A DNA stretch of 64,000 bases from an uncultured Candidatus Rokubacteria bacterium (lineage in GTDB: Bacteria > Methylomirabilota > Methylomirabilia > Rokubacteriales > CSP1-6), in NCBI GenBank assembly GCA_963771355.1, contig CAVYTA010000004.1, positions 192,001-256,000 on the forward strand, given 5' to 3'. The translations under genes and the position numbers were made by a program. The notes under the pieces were generated by a model that was given only the letters and a program-made list of their open reading frames with translations, did not search any database and was not told the DNA's origin. Positions 1 through 10,176 of this stretch are shown in pieces. Positions within the stretch are counted from its first letter, which is position 1. Each line of letters begins with the position of its first letter.

Positions 1-333
1 GCGCTCAATGCCCGCACCGCCCGCAGCCAGCTCATCGGCGGCATGGTGTGGGGCATCGGGATGGCTCTCACCGAGGACACCGTGATGGACGGCCGGCTGG
101 GCCGTGTCGTGAACGGCAATCTCGCCGACTATCACGTGCCCGTGGAGGCCGACGTGCCCGATCTGGACGTGTCCTGGATCGGCGCGCCCGACGAGCGCGC
201 CAATCCCGTGGGCGCCAAGGGCATCGGCGAGCTCGGCATCACCGGCGCCGCCGCCGCCATCGCCAACGCCGTCTTCCACGCTACCGGCCGCCGCGTGCGC
301 GATCTACCGATTACCCTCGACAAGCTGCTCTAG
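1..333 (+). CDS. Xanthine dehydrogenase family molybdopterin-binding subunit, C-terminal fragment (5' end outside window)
   Basis: GG.VWGIGMAL..., NLADYHVP, GAKGIGE.G..G.AAAIANAVFHATG.R.RDLPIT motifs. Confidence 0.92.
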   Translation, partial: ALNARTARSQLIGGMVWGIGMALTEDTVMDGRLGRVVNGNLADYHVPVEADVPDLDVSWIGAPDERANPVGAKGIGELGITGAAAAIANAVFHATGRRVRDLPITLDKLL

Positions 334-379
334 CCCAGGGCGTGCGCGCCACGCCCCCGTCGCCCCCCCGGGGCCGCCT

Positions 380-814
380 TCAGTCGTTGGGCGGCGCGGC
401 GCTGATCTCCCCCAGGCAGGAGTCGGGGTCGCGCTCGAGGGCGAGGTCGCCCAGGGACACGATGCCGACGGGTCGCCCGCTCTCCACCACGGGCAGACGC
501 CTGATGGAGCGCTCACGCATGAGGGCTACCGCGGCGTCGACGGGCTCGTCGGGGGAGATGGTCGTGAGCTCGCGGCTGGCGACATCACCGACGGGCGTCT
601 GGCTGGGGTCCCAGCCCTCCGCTACGGCGCGCACGACGATGTCGCGGTCGGTGAGAATACCCGTGATCAGCTCCCCTTCTAGCACGATCACGTTGCCGAT
701 GCCGGCGTCGCGCATGTGGCGCGCCGCCTGCTCGAGAGTGGTGGTGGCGGCTACCGTCACGGGCTCAGGCGTCATGACGTCGCGGATGGAGTCGCCCCGC
801 AGTTCGATCTTCAT
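380..814 (-). CDS. CBS domain-containing protein
   Basis: Tandem CBS motifs (IRDVMT, GILTDRDI, IRRLPVV..GIVSLGD). Confidence 0.9.
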   Translation of the reverse strand: MKIELRGDSIRDVMTPEPVTVAATTTLEQAARHMRDAGIGNVIVLEGELITGILTDRDIVVRAVAEGWDPSQTPVGDVASRELTTISPDEPVDAAVALMRERSIRRLPVVESGRPVGIVSLGDLALERDPDSCLGEISAAPPND

Positions 815-1017
815 GGGTGCACCTCGCTGGTTCGAAGGTGGTGGTTCCGCTCACGCATGCCCTCCGTCAGGCAAGTGACATGCCATGAATGAGCGCCGCG
901 CATGGTTCCCCTCTCGGGTGAAAACGCGGCGCGGCGCGACTTATTGCGGGGGCGAAAGGCGGAAGCGGGCGCTTCCGACCGGGTAGGTTCGGGCCGCCGG
1001 GTGGTTGCTGCGGCTGA

Positions 1018-2016
1018 CTACGGCGCGCAGGCGCGGATGGCGTCGACGAAGGCCGCGCGGGCGCCGGCGCCGCGGGCCCGGGGGCTGATGATGGGGAGCG
1101 TGAGGCCGGCGGCGCGGTATTCATCGATACGCGCGCGGCACTCTGCCGCCGTGCCGACCACGCCCACCGCGCCGGCCATGGCATCGGGCACCGCGCGCGC
1201 GGCGCCCTCGCGGTCACCGGCCTGCCAGGCGGTCTGGATCGCGCGCGCCGCCTCGGGGAAGCCCGCCTCCGCGATCAGGCGGTTATAGCGGGGGAAGAAG
1301 CCGGCGTACATGGCGACGGCGGGGCGCATCCGGTCGAGGCCCTCCGCGCGGCTCGGCGCGATCACGCAGGGCAGGAGCGAGGTCACCTCGACCGCGTCCG
1401 GCGCGCGGCCGGCGCGACGCGCGCCCGCGGCCACGTGGGCGGCGGCGCGGGCCGGCGCCTCCAGCGTGCTCCAGGTGAGGATGAGGCCGTCGGCGATCTC
1501 GCCGCACACTTCCAGCATGGGCGGGAAGAGCGCGGAGAGATAGATGGGAATGACGCGGCGGTGGGGCGTGAACCAGAGGTCGAAGCGATCGATTTGAAGC
1601 ACGTCACCTTGGTAAGTCACCTCGCCGTCGCGCAGCAGCGCGCGGATGGCCTCCACACTCTCGCGCACCCGCGCGATGGGCTTGGCATAGGGCAGGCCGT
1701 GCTCGCCCTCCACCTGCACGCGGTGACTCGAGCCCAGGCCCAGCACGAAGCGACCGCCGGAGAGCGCGTCCACCGTGGCCGCCGCCATGGCGATGGTGGG
1801 CACGCTGCGCACGAAGACGCTGCTGATGCTGGTGCCCAGGCGAATGCGTGTCGTGGCCGTCGCGCAGGCGGCGAGAATGGCGAACTGGTCGCCGCCATGG
1901 CCCTCGGCCACCCAGGCGGACTCGTAGCCGAGATCCTCCGCCAGGCGCACGCAGTCGACGATCTCCGGCGCGGTGAGGCCGCCGCTCACCGCCACGCCGA
2001 TGCGCGGGGGCGCCAC
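1018..2016 (-). CDS. LLM class flavin-dependent oxidoreductase
   Basis: AEDLGYESAWVAE, T.RIRLGT, LSGGRF.LGLG motifs. Confidence 0.9.
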   Translation of the reverse strand: MAPPRIGVAVSGGLTAPEIVDCVRLAEDLGYESAWVAEGHGGDQFAILAACATATTRIRLGTSISSVFVRSVPTIAMAAATVDALSGGRFVLGLGSSHRVQVEGEHGLPYAKPIARVRESVEAIRALLRDGEVTYQGDVLQIDRFDLWFTPHRRVIPIYLSALFPPMLEVCGEIADGLILTWSTLEAPARAAAHVAAGARRAGRAPDAVEVTSLLPCVIAPSRAEGLDRMRPAVAMYAGFFPRYNRLIAEAGFPEAARAIQTAWQAGDREGAARAVPDAMAGAVGVVGTAAECRARIDEYRAAGLTLPIISPRARGAGARAAFVDAIRACAP

Positions 2017-2020
2017 CGCG

Positions 2021-3124
2021 CTACGCGACCCGGTAGCGCGCGATCACCGCGGGGTCGGGGTCGGCGCCGAGGCCGGGCCCCGGCGGGACCGCGAGCTTCC
2101 CGCCGCGCGCCGCGGTGGCGCCACCAAAAAGATCGGGCTCGAGGTCGCAGTAGATCCGCTCCACGAGCGGCTCGCGCGGCTGGGCGGCCAGGAATTGCAG
2201 CGTGGCCAGGAGGCCGGGGCCGAAGTAGGGCGAGTGCGGCACGAGCGTCACGCCGGCGGCCTCGGCCAGCGTGGCCACCTCGCGCAGCGCGGAGAGGCCG
2301 CCGATCTTGGTGACGCTGGGCTGGGCGTAGGTGACGGCCCCCGCGTCGAACATGTGCTTGAAGTCGATGGGATTGCTCGTGTTCTCGCCGGCGGCGAGCG
2401 CGATGCCCCCCTCCACGCGCACGCGCGCCAACCCCGCCCAGTCCTCCGGCGGCCACACCGGCTCCTCCAGCCAGAGGAGATCGTGCGGGCGGAAGCGCCG
2501 CGCCATCTCGAGCGCCTCGACGGGCGTCCAGGGACAATTGGTATCCACCGTGAGCTTCATCTCGGGCCCGCCCGCCTCGCGCGCGGCGCGCACCGCGGGC
2601 TCGGTCACCTCGTGGAGCTTCACGTAGCGATAGCCCCGCTTCACCGCGTCCTCGGTGAGGCGCCCGACCACCGGGGCGTCGCCATAGCGGAAGAGGCTCG
2701 CATAGGCGGTCACCTCGGTGCGCGCGCCTCCGCCGAGCAGCCGGTGCAGCGGCAGCCCCGCCGCCTTGCCCGCGAGGTCCCAGAGCGCGATGTCGAGGCC
2801 CGAGAGCGCGAAGATCAGCGGGCCGCCGCGGCCCAGGTTGTGGAAGCGCTTCTGGATCTCGAGCCGGGTGGCGGCGATCTGGGTGGCGTCCCGGCCCACG
2901 CAGAAGGGCGCGATGAGCGAGTCGAGCGCGGCCTTGGTCGATTCATTCACCGCGTAGCCGAACGCCTCGCCCCAGCCGGTGAGGCCCGCGTCCGTGTCCA
3001 CGCGGACGAGGAGGATGTCCACGGTGGAGAAGACACGGCCGAAGAACCCGGTGGGCGGGCCGGGCTGGGTGAAGGGCAGCTTCACGATGGTGGACTCCAC
3101 GCGGACGATCTTCACGGGGCGCAC
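2021..3124 (-). CDS. Mandelate racemase/muconate lactonizing enzyme family protein
   Basis: D.ALWDL.GK..GLP...LLGG, WLEEP, GEN motifs. Confidence 0.9.
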   Translation of the reverse strand: MRPVKIVRVESTIVKLPFTQPGPPTGFFGRVFSTVDILLVRVDTDAGLTGWGEAFGYAVNESTKAALDSLIAPFCVGRDATQIAATRLEIQKRFHNLGRGGPLIFALSGLDIALWDLAGKAAGLPLHRLLGGGARTEVTAYASLFRYGDAPVVGRLTEDAVKRGYRYVKLHEVTEPAVRAAREAGGPEMKLTVDTNCPWTPVEALEMARRFRPHDLLWLEEPVWPPEDWAGLARVRVEGGIALAAGENTSNPIDFKHMFDAGAVTYAQPSVTKIGGLSALREVATLAEAAGVTLVPHSPYFGPGLLATLQFLAAQPREPLVERIYCDLEPDLFGGATAARGGKLAVPPGPGLGADPDPAVIARYRVA

Positions 3125-3222
3125 CTCCGGCGCGCATTATCCTCGGACGGGCGCGGCGAGGCAACCGGCGGCGCCCGGCGGCGCTCTTGTCCGCGCGCAC
3201 CGCCTGTGGCATGGTCCCGGCC

Positions 3223-4308
3223 ATGAAGATCAGCTCGGTCGTGGTCCATCGTCTCTCGGTGCCGCTGCCGCGCCCGGTGCGCACCGCCATCCACAACCAC
3301 GCGCATGCCGACACCGTGGTGGTGGAGCTGCGGAGCGACGCGGGCGCGGTGGGCTCGGGCTATTGCTTCGCCTTCGGCGCCAAGCGTGCCGCCGCTCTCG
3401 CCGCGCTGGTGGAGGACCTCGTGCCCTTCTACGAGGGCAAGGACCCGGCGGCGGTGGTGGCCCACTTCGAGGCGGCCTGGCGGTCCATCAACTTCATCGG
3501 GCACTCCGGCCTGGCGGTGATCGCGCTCTCGGCGCTCGACACCGCGTGCTGGGACCTGGCCGCGCGCGCGGCGGGCCTGCCGCTCTACCGCTATCTCGGC
3601 GGCGAGAAGACACGGGTGCCCACCTATGCCTCCTCCGGTCTCTGGATCGACTACTCCGTCGGCCAGCTCCTCGCCGAGGCCGACCAGTTCCGCAACCAGG
3701 GCCATCGCGCCATGAAGATGCGCGTGGGCGGCCCTGATCCCCGGGTCGACGTGGAGCGGGCGCGGCTCCTGCGCGAGGCGCTGGGCCCGGAGATCAAGCT
3801 GCTCGCCGACGTGAACCAGGGCTGGGACGAGCCCACGGCCATCCGCGTGGGGCGCGAGCTGGAGGCGGCCGCCGATCTCTACTGGCTGGAGGAGCCCCTG
3901 CCCTATGAAGACCTCGAGGGCTGCGCGCGCGTGGCCGCCGCGCTCACCATGCGCATTGCCACCGGCGAATCCGACTACGGCAGCCTGGGCATGAAGCGCC
4001 ACCTGGACGTGCGCGCCGCCGACGTGCTCATGCCCGATCTCCAGCGCATGGGCGGGATCACGGAGTATCGCCGCGCGGGCGATCTCTGCCGCGCCTATGG
4101 CCAGCCCGTCTCGTCCCACCTCTTCATGGAGGCCTCCTGCCACGTGCTCGCGGCGGCGCCGAACGCGCTCATCCTCGAGCACATGGACTGGTGGCAGGGG
4201 CTCTTCACCGAGCCGCTCCGCATCGAGGACGGCTGCGTGCTCGTGCCCGATCGGCCCGGCATCGGCGTGGAGCTCGACCCGAAGGCGCTAGCGCGCTTTC
4301 GCGCCTGA
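3223..4308 (+). CDS. Mandelate racemase/muconate lactonizing enzyme family protein (divergent paralogue)
   Basis: KMRVG, DVNQGW, WLEEP, TGE, PG.G.ELD motifs; ATG at 3223 chosen. Confidence 0.9.
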   Translation: MKISSVVVHRLSVPLPRPVRTAIHNHAHADTVVVELRSDAGAVGSGYCFAFGAKRAAALAALVEDLVPFYEGKDPAAVVAHFEAAWRSINFIGHSGLAVIALSALDTACWDLAARAAGLPLYRYLGGEKTRVPTYASSGLWIDYSVGQLLAEADQFRNQGHRAMKMRVGGPDPRVDVERARLLREALGPEIKLLADVNQGWDEPTAIRVGRELEAAADLYWLEEPLPYEDLEGCARVAAALTMRIATGESDYGSLGMKRHLDVRAADVLMPDLQRMGGITEYRRAGDLCRAYGQPVSSHLFMEASCHVLAAAPNALILEHMDWWQGLFTEPLRIEDGCVLVPDRPGIGVELDPKALARFRA

Positions 4309-4395
4309 GCGCGCACCGCGCGATCCCGGTCCGTGTAATACTGGGCCGCCACCAGGCGCTATGCGTCAACGATGCCACCCGCAAGGCGACGTAGC

Positions 4396-4845
4396 ATGCA
4401 CCGACTGACGTTGCTGCTGTGCTCGTTGATCCTCGCGACCGGGCTTGTTCCCGCCTTCGCGCAGCCGGCCGTGGAAGCCCAGAAGAAACTGCAAGGGACC
4501 TGGACAGCAACAAAGGCGGAGCGCGACGGCAGCGCCGCCGCTGACGTTGTCGGACATCGGCTCTCCGTTACCGGCAACCGCTTCCAGATCCAGTCCCAGG
4601 ACGGCCAGCGTCTCCACGCGGGAACCGTCCGGCTCGACCCGAGCGCGAAGCCCGCGGCCATTGACTTCGAGCATACGGAAGGGGCCCTCGGGGGGAAGGC
4701 GTGGAAGGGGATCTATGCTCTGGCCGGCGACACCCTGAGGGTGTGCGACAACGCACCCAACCTGGACAAGGGCCGGCCCGCCGCATTCGAGGCCCCACGT
4801 GGCTCCGGGTATGTCCTCATCACGTTCAAGCGCGAGAAGCGCTGA
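4396..4845 (+). CDS. Exported TIGR03067-like domain protein
   Basis: Signal peptide, LQGTW, LDPS..P..ID, GIY.L.GD.L.VC, RP..F pattern. Confidence 0.75.
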   Translation: MHRLTLLLCSLILATGLVPAFAQPAVEAQKKLQGTWTATKAERDGSAAADVVGHRLSVTGNRFQIQSQDGQRLHAGTVRLDPSAKPAAIDFEHTEGALGGKAWKGIYALAGDTLRVCDNAPNLDKGRPAAFEAPRGSGYVLITFKREKR

Positions 4846-4875
4846 CACTAGAAAAGACATCAGGGGAGGGCGAAT

Positions 4876-6480
4876 ATGTGCAAACGGTGTGACGAGGGAA
4901 TGCCGCAAGACCACACCACTTCACTCGGCCGTTCACGGCGCGATTTTCTGAAGGCCTCGAGCGCGGCGGCGGTCTCCGCCGCGGGGATGAGCTTCCTGAG
5001 CGCGTCGCCGGCCGAGGCCAAGCCCGACGGAGGACCTCCCGCCGACACCGGCGCGCGCCGGCGCCGCTATGTCATTCGCGGCGGGCACGTCATGTCGATG
5101 GACCCGCAGGTGGGTGACTTCGCCCAGGGGGACGTGCTGGTCGAGGGGACGAAAATCGTCGCCGTCGGGCCGAATCTGAAGCCGGGTTCGGGAGCGGGTG
5201 TCATCGACGCGACCGGCTGCATCGTGATGCCCGGCTTCATCGATACGCATCACCATCAGTTCGAGACCGCGCTGCGCAGCTTTCTCGCCAACGGCATCCT
5301 GATCAACGACGGCTCCGGCTCGCCGAGCGCGGATCCCACGTACTTCGAATACATTCTGCTCAAATTCGCGCCGGTGTACCGGCCGGAAGACGTGTACATC
5401 AACGAGCTATTCGGCGGACTGGCGCAGCTCGACGGCGGCGTCACCACGGTGCACGACATCTCGCAGATCCATCACTCGCCCCAGCACTCCGACGCCGCCA
5501 TCCAGGCGCTGTTCGACACGGGGCGCCGAGCCGCGTTCGGCTATTTCGAGAGTGCTGGTGGCGTGACCGGGAACCAGTATCCGCAGGACGCGAACCGGAT
5601 CAAGCAGCAGTGGTTTTCCTCGAGCGACCAGCTCGTTCACATGATCATGGGCGGGGAGGTGTACCTGGGGGAACCGACCTACACCCAGGCCTGGAACATC
5701 GGGCGCCAGCTCGATCTTCAGATTGCGGCGCACATCCTGTCGCCATTCGGCATCCGCCCGATCCTGGACGATCTCGCCCAGGGCACGGGCGGCGTCAACA
5801 ACGACATCGCGCTCGGCCCCGACAATCTGTTCATCCACATGACGGGGATGTCCGACCTCGGCTGGCAGGGAGTCAAGGACGCCGGCGCGCAGGTCTCGAT
5901 CTCCTTCCCGATCGAGATGAACATGCGGCACGGCACTCCACCCATCCTCAAGATGCAGCGCCTGGGCATGGAGCCGTCCCTGAGCTCCGACGTCGAAGTC
6001 ACCATGACGGCGGACTTCTTTACCCAGATGCGCTCCGCGATGACCATGCAGCGCATGGTCGTGAACCAGATGATCCTCGACCAGGGGACCTTCACCCCGC
6101 CCAACCAGTGGCCGACGCCGGCTCCCGGCACGCCGCCGCTTCTCAATGTGCGCGACGTGCTGCGGTTCGCCACCATCAACGGGGCGAAGCACCTGCGACT
6201 GGACGGCAAGACCGGCTCGCTCACGCCCGGCAAAGAGGCGGACATCATCCTGCTCGACGCCACCGCGCTCAACGTGGCGCCGCTCAACAACGTGCCGGGA
6301 GCGGTGGTGTCGCTGATGGACCGTGCCAACGTCGAGACGGTGATCGTGGCGGGCACGGTCCGGAAGTGGAAGGGAAAGCTGCTCGGCGTCGATCTGAACC
6401 ATCTTCGCCGGCAGCTCGAAGCCTCGCGCGACCATGTCTTTGCCGCGGCGGGCATCGCGCAGAACGTGTTCGGTCAGTAG
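4876..6480 (+). CDS. Tat-exported amidohydrolase family protein
   Basis: SRRDFLK twin-arginine signal, PGFIDTHHH metal motif, GSL.PGK.AD. Confidence 0.88.
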   Translation: MCKRCDEGMPQDHTTSLGRSRRDFLKASSAAAVSAAGMSFLSASPAEAKPDGGPPADTGARRRRYVIRGGHVMSMDPQVGDFAQGDVLVEGTKIVAVGPNLKPGSGAGVIDATGCIVMPGFIDTHHHQFETALRSFLANGILINDGSGSPSADPTYFEYILLKFAPVYRPEDVYINELFGGLAQLDGGVTTVHDISQIHHSPQHSDAAIQALFDTGRRAAFGYFESAGGVTGNQYPQDANRIKQQWFSSSDQLVHMIMGGEVYLGEPTYTQAWNIGRQLDLQIAAHILSPFGIRPILDDLAQGTGGVNNDIALGPDNLFIHMTGMSDLGWQGVKDAGAQVSISFPIEMNMRHGTPPILKMQRLGMEPSLSSDVEVTMTADFFTQMRSAMTMQRMVVNQMILDQGTFTPPNQWPTPAPGTPPLLNVRDVLRFATINGAKHLRLDGKTGSLTPGKEADIILLDATALNVAPLNNVPGAVVSLMDRANVETVIVAGTVRKWKGKLLGVDLNHLRRQLEASRDHVFAAAGIAQNVFGQ

Positions 6481-6523
6481 AGGCGGACTCTGGCAATCCA
6501 TTGAATTCCTTCAGGAGGCTCTC

Positions 6524-6913
6524 ATGGCGACAGTGACGCAGCAGACCGGAGTCGAGGCGGACGTTCTCCGTGCCGACGACCGCCGTTTCGAGGCGATGCG
6601 CACGGGCGATTGGGCCGCCCTCGACGCCGCGCTCGCCGACGATCTGGTGTACGTCCACTCTACCGCGCGCCAGGAGTCGAAGGCCGAGCACATCGCGAAC
6701 CTCCGCGCCGGCCAGCCGCGATACCGCGGCATCGCGCCCCGCGAGCGACGGGCGCGCGTTCACGGCGGGGTCGGCCTGGTCCACGGCGTGTCGGACATGC
6801 ACGTGGAGCGGGACGGCAAGGAGAATCGCTTCACCGTCCGCTATCTGGCGGTCTACGCGAAGGCCGGGGAGCACTGGCGGATGATCGCCTGGCAGTCCAC
6901 GCGGCAGGACTAG
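6524..6913 (+). CDS. NTF2-like (DUF4440) protein
   Basis: GD.AALD.LADD.VYVHS, W...AWQST; AGGAGG RBS before ATG 6524. Confidence 0.8.
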   Translation: MATVTQQTGVEADVLRADDRRFEAMRTGDWAALDAALADDLVYVHSTARQESKAEHIANLRAGQPRYRGIAPRERRARVHGGVGLVHGVSDMHVERDGKENRFTVRYLAVYAKAGEHWRMIAWQSTRQD

Positions 6914-6923
6914 GAGGCCCGGC

Positions 6924-7865
6924 ATGTCGGTGCTGGTGATCGGCGCGACGGGCTTCATCGGCCCGCGGCTCATCCGGCGGCTGGTCGCGCGAGGGGAATC
7001 GGTGGTCGGCATGGACGTGAACCCCGGCGCGGCGGCGTTCGGCGACGTGCCGATCGGCGCGCCCGTTACCCGCGGGGACGTCACACAATTCGAGGATGTG
7101 ATGCGGACCGTCCTCGACGTGAAGCCGGATCGGCTCATCAACCTCGCCTACGGTCTCGGAGCCGGCGAGGGCAACCCGCACCAGGTCATGCGCCTGGACA
7201 TTCTGGGGATGGACAACTGCTTCGAGGCCGCGCGCCTGGGTGGGGTCAAGCGGGTAGTCTACGCGAGCTCGATCGCGGTAAGCGGCCAGCAGAGCCACTT
7301 CGGCGACCGGCTCGTGAACGAGGACGATCCGACTCACGGCACCAGCCAGTACGCGATGCACAAGATCTTCAATGAGTTCCAGGCCCGCAAGTACATCACG
7401 AACTACGGAATGTCGATCACGGGCGTGCGCCCCGCCAACGTCACCGGTCCCGACAAGGTCCGCGGCTCGGTCGACCACGTGCAGATCATGGTCGACGCCG
7501 CGCGCGGCCGGCCGGTGCATCTCCCGAGCAAGGGGCTCATGCGCCTCATGATTCACGTGGAAGATATTGCCGAAGTGTTCACCCGCGTGCTCTTGGCCGA
7601 TGCGCCCCGCCACCCCCTCTACAACTCGGGCGGGATCCCGGTGAGCCTAGGGGAGCTGGCGGACATCGTGCGTGGGTTTCTCCCGGATGCGCAGATCACG
7701 TTTGCGAAGGAAAGCGGGCGCGAGGAGTCTGGCAACTATCTGGTGGACTGGAGCCGTCTGGCCAAGGAGTTCGGGATCGAGTACCCCGGGTTGCACACCC
7801 GTGTCCTCGAGGTGATCAACGAGGTCCGGCGCCAGGAGGGACTGCCCCCGGTGCCCGGGCGGTAA
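6924..7865 (+). CDS. NAD-dependent epimerase/dehydratase
   Basis: GATGFIG Rossmann motif, YxxxK (YAMHK). Confidence 0.88.
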   Translation: MSVLVIGATGFIGPRLIRRLVARGESVVGMDVNPGAAAFGDVPIGAPVTRGDVTQFEDVMRTVLDVKPDRLINLAYGLGAGEGNPHQVMRLDILGMDNCFEAARLGGVKRVVYASSIAVSGQQSHFGDRLVNEDDPTHGTSQYAMHKIFNEFQARKYITNYGMSITGVRPANVTGPDKVRGSVDHVQIMVDAARGRPVHLPSKGLMRLMIHVEDIAEVFTRVLLADAPRHPLYNSGGIPVSLGELADIVRGFLPDAQITFAKESGREESGNYLVDWSRLAKEFGIEYPGLHTRVLEVINEVRRQEGLPPVPGR

Positions 7866-7953
7866 CCGGGCCCGCCTCGGGCTCACGCCGCCATCTGTCT
7901 CGCAAACTAGAGAGAAGAACATTGAGCGAGAGATGGAACCTGGCCGCGAGCCC

Positions 7954-8856
7954 TCACGCGGTTGGCGATCGCGCGGAAGCCGGCCTAGCGGACCCGCCCG
8001 CGCGGCCGAGGAGCCCCGCCCGGCTGGCGGTGACGATGAGCACGCCGGCGAGCGTCGCCAGGCCCCCGACGATCTCCGCCACGCCCGGCCGGCCACCGAA
8101 TATCGCCATGGACCAGGCCCAGGTGATCACCGGGGTGAGGGTCAGGATGATGGTGAGGACGCTCATGTCCATCCGGCGCAGCGCGAGGTAGTACAGCCCT
8201 CGACTGACCACCACGTTCACGGTGCCGGCCAGGAGTAGCCAGCCCCAGCCCACCGCGGACGGCCAGACGAGCGCGCCCTGGGCGACCGCGAGCAGCAGGA
8301 GCACGGCGGCCACCGCGCTCACCCGGTAGAAGAGGAATTCGCCGAACGCGATGTCCCCGCCGTAGCGCTTCACCACCGCTGAGTGCAGCGCGTAGAGGAA
8401 GGTGGACCCGATCACGATCAGTGCGCCCGCCCGCAGGTAGTCGCCGGGCTGGAAGCTGATCACCACCACGCCGACCACGGCGAGGGCCGAGCCGGCGAGC
8501 TCGAGCCGCGTCAGGCGCTCGCGCAGCCAGAGCAGGCCCAGCGCCAGGCTGAAGATGATGGACGTGCGCGAGAGCAGCGAGGCGGTGCCGGGGTCCACGT
8601 AGCGGACGGCGACGAATCCCATGTTGGTGTTCACGCCGACGAGGAGCCCGATGGCGAGGAAGAACCACGGGTGCCGCGTCAAGGTGGCCAGCCGGATCCG
8701 GCCCCGCAGGAGCGCCAGGATCGTCGCGCCGCCCACCGCCATCATGTAGAAGGCGCCGGCGGCGGGCGGGAAGTGCGGCAGCAGCAATCGCGCGAACACG
8801 TAGTACAGGCTGTCGGCCACGAGCAGCAGCGGGACCAGCAGGCGGGGATCGCTCAA
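7954..8856 (-). CDS. DMT/EamA family transporter
   Basis: About 10 hydrophobic segments in a duplicated EamA pattern (L.ERL). Confidence 0.82.
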   Translation of the reverse strand: MSDPRLLVPLLLVADSLYYVFARLLLPHFPPAAGAFYMMAVGGATILALLRGRIRLATLTRHPWFFLAIGLLVGVNTNMGFVAVRYVDPGTASLLSRTSIIFSLALGLLWLRERLTRLELAGSALAVVGVVVISFQPGDYLRAGALIVIGSTFLYALHSAVVKRYGGDIAFGEFLFYRVSAVAAVLLLLAVAQGALVWPSAVGWGWLLLAGTVNVVVSRGLYYLALRRMDMSVLTIILTLTPVITWAWSMAIFGGRPGVAEIVGGLATLAGVLIVTASRAGLLGRAGGSARPASARSPTA

Positions 8857-8871
8857 GCGCGAGCGGGCGAA

Positions 8872-9567
8872 CTAGACCAGCGGCCAGGGATAGCGCATGC
8901 CGGAGGGGTCGGTGGGGAACACCGCCTCCTCCAGGAGCGCGGCGGCGCGCTCGCGCAGGGCGGCGCATTCCGGCGGCGTCACCAGCTCGCCGAGGCCATC
9001 GGGGAAGCCCCTCTGGAGCAATCGCCGGATATCGGCGAGCAGGGGGGCGGGCAGGGGCTCGCCCGCGAAGTCCCAGATCACGGTGCGGAGCTTCTCCGCC
9101 GCGTGGAGCATCAGCCCATTGTCGATGGCGAAGATCTGCCCGTCGGGCCCGAGGAGGCAGTGGCCGCTCTTCCGGTCGGCATTATTGGTCAGCAGATCGA
9201 AGAGACAGATGCGCCGCAGAGCGTCGTGGTGAGCCGCGTCGTCGAGCAGGGTGAAGTAGTGCTGCTCGAAGTCCGCGTGGATGAAGAGCTGGAGCGAGCC
9301 CTCGCCGTGCGGCCCCTCGCGCGGGACCGTCAGCGGCACCAGCCCCCAGCCCAGGGCCTCCGAGAGGAGAAAGGCGGCGAGCTCGCGCTTCCAGAGCCCC
9401 GGCGGGAAATCCCAGAGCCGCCGCTCCCCCTTCCGCGGCTTGTAGACGGCGAGCGCGCTGGTCTTGCCCAGCGTGCACTCCACCAGCAGCGTGACGTTCG
9501 ACGAGGCGGGCATCCGGCCCTTGACCTCGATGGCGCCGCGGGTGAGGAGATCGAACGCCGTGGGCAC
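8872..9567 (-). CDS. SCO1664 family protein (PI3/4-kinase-like fold)
   Basis: AVYKP..GER.LWDFP, RE.AA, NNADRK.GH, IDNG, YPWPLV. Confidence 0.88.
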   Translation of the reverse strand: MPTAFDLLTRGAIEVKGRMPASSNVTLLVECTLGKTSALAVYKPRKGERRLWDFPPGLWKRELAAFLLSEALGWGLVPLTVPREGPHGEGSLQLFIHADFEQHYFTLLDDAAHHDALRRICLFDLLTNNADRKSGHCLLGPDGQIFAIDNGLMLHAAEKLRTVIWDFAGEPLPAPLLADIRRLLQRGFPDGLGELVTPPECAALRERAAALLEEAVFPTDPSGMRYPWPLV

Positions 9568-10176
9568 TCAGTGGCGGACGTGCCCGTTCGTACCCGGGCA
9601 GGTGTGGCCGTCGGGATCCATGGGCAGCCCGCAGAGCCGGCACGAGGGACGCCCCGCCTGGACGAGGCTGCGCGCGCGCTCCACGAAGGCGGCGGCCTGC
9701 GGGCGCGTGAGGCGGAAGCGCGCCTTGGCGGTGTCGGGAGGCTCGCCCGGCTCGGGCGGCTCCACCGCCTCCGCCGGCGCGCGCGCGGCGCGGGGCCCTT
9801 CTTCCGCGGCCGACTCCTCGGTGGCTTCGTCGTCGTCGTCGTCCTCCTCCTCCTCCGCTTCCTCCGACAGCTCCTCGGCCACGATGAGGATGCGGTCGGC
9901 GGCCTCGTCGTAGGCCACGCCCAGCGAGCCCACCACCCAGGCCTCGCTCACCGGCTCGAGCAGTGCCATGTCGCGCGGCAGCGCCCCGGGATCGGGGAGA
10001 TCGTTGAGGAGCTTGGCGAGGTATTCCGCCAGCGCGCGTATCTGCTCCTTCTCGAGCTTGAGCGTGACGACGCTGCCCGCCTCGCGCGCCTGGAGATAGA
10101 AGGTGCGCCGCCCGGGCACGCCCACCGTGCCGGTGGTGAAGAAATCCGGCGCCTCGAAGTCGAACGAGGGCGCCAT
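9568..10176 (-). CDS. DUF3090 family protein
   Basis: GTVG.PG.RTFYLQA, EKEQ, C-terminal GRP.C.LCG.P.DP.GH.CP..NGH; acidic linker. Confidence 0.88.
   Translation of the reverse strand: MAPSFDFEAPDFFTTGTVGVPGRRTFYLQAREAGSVVTLKLEKEQIRALAEYLAKLLNDLPDPGALPRDMALLEPVSEAWVVGSLGVAYDEAADRILIVAEELSEEAEEEEDDDDDEATEESAAEEGPRAARAPAEAVEPPEPGEPPDTAKARFRLTRPQAAAFVERARSLVQAGRPSCRLCGLPMDPDGHTCPGTNGHVRH

Noticed and set aside
9820..9870. GTC/CTC trinucleotide run as a contingency repeat
   Set aside because: It encodes the acidic E/D linker of DUF3090, and unit changes would stay in frame.
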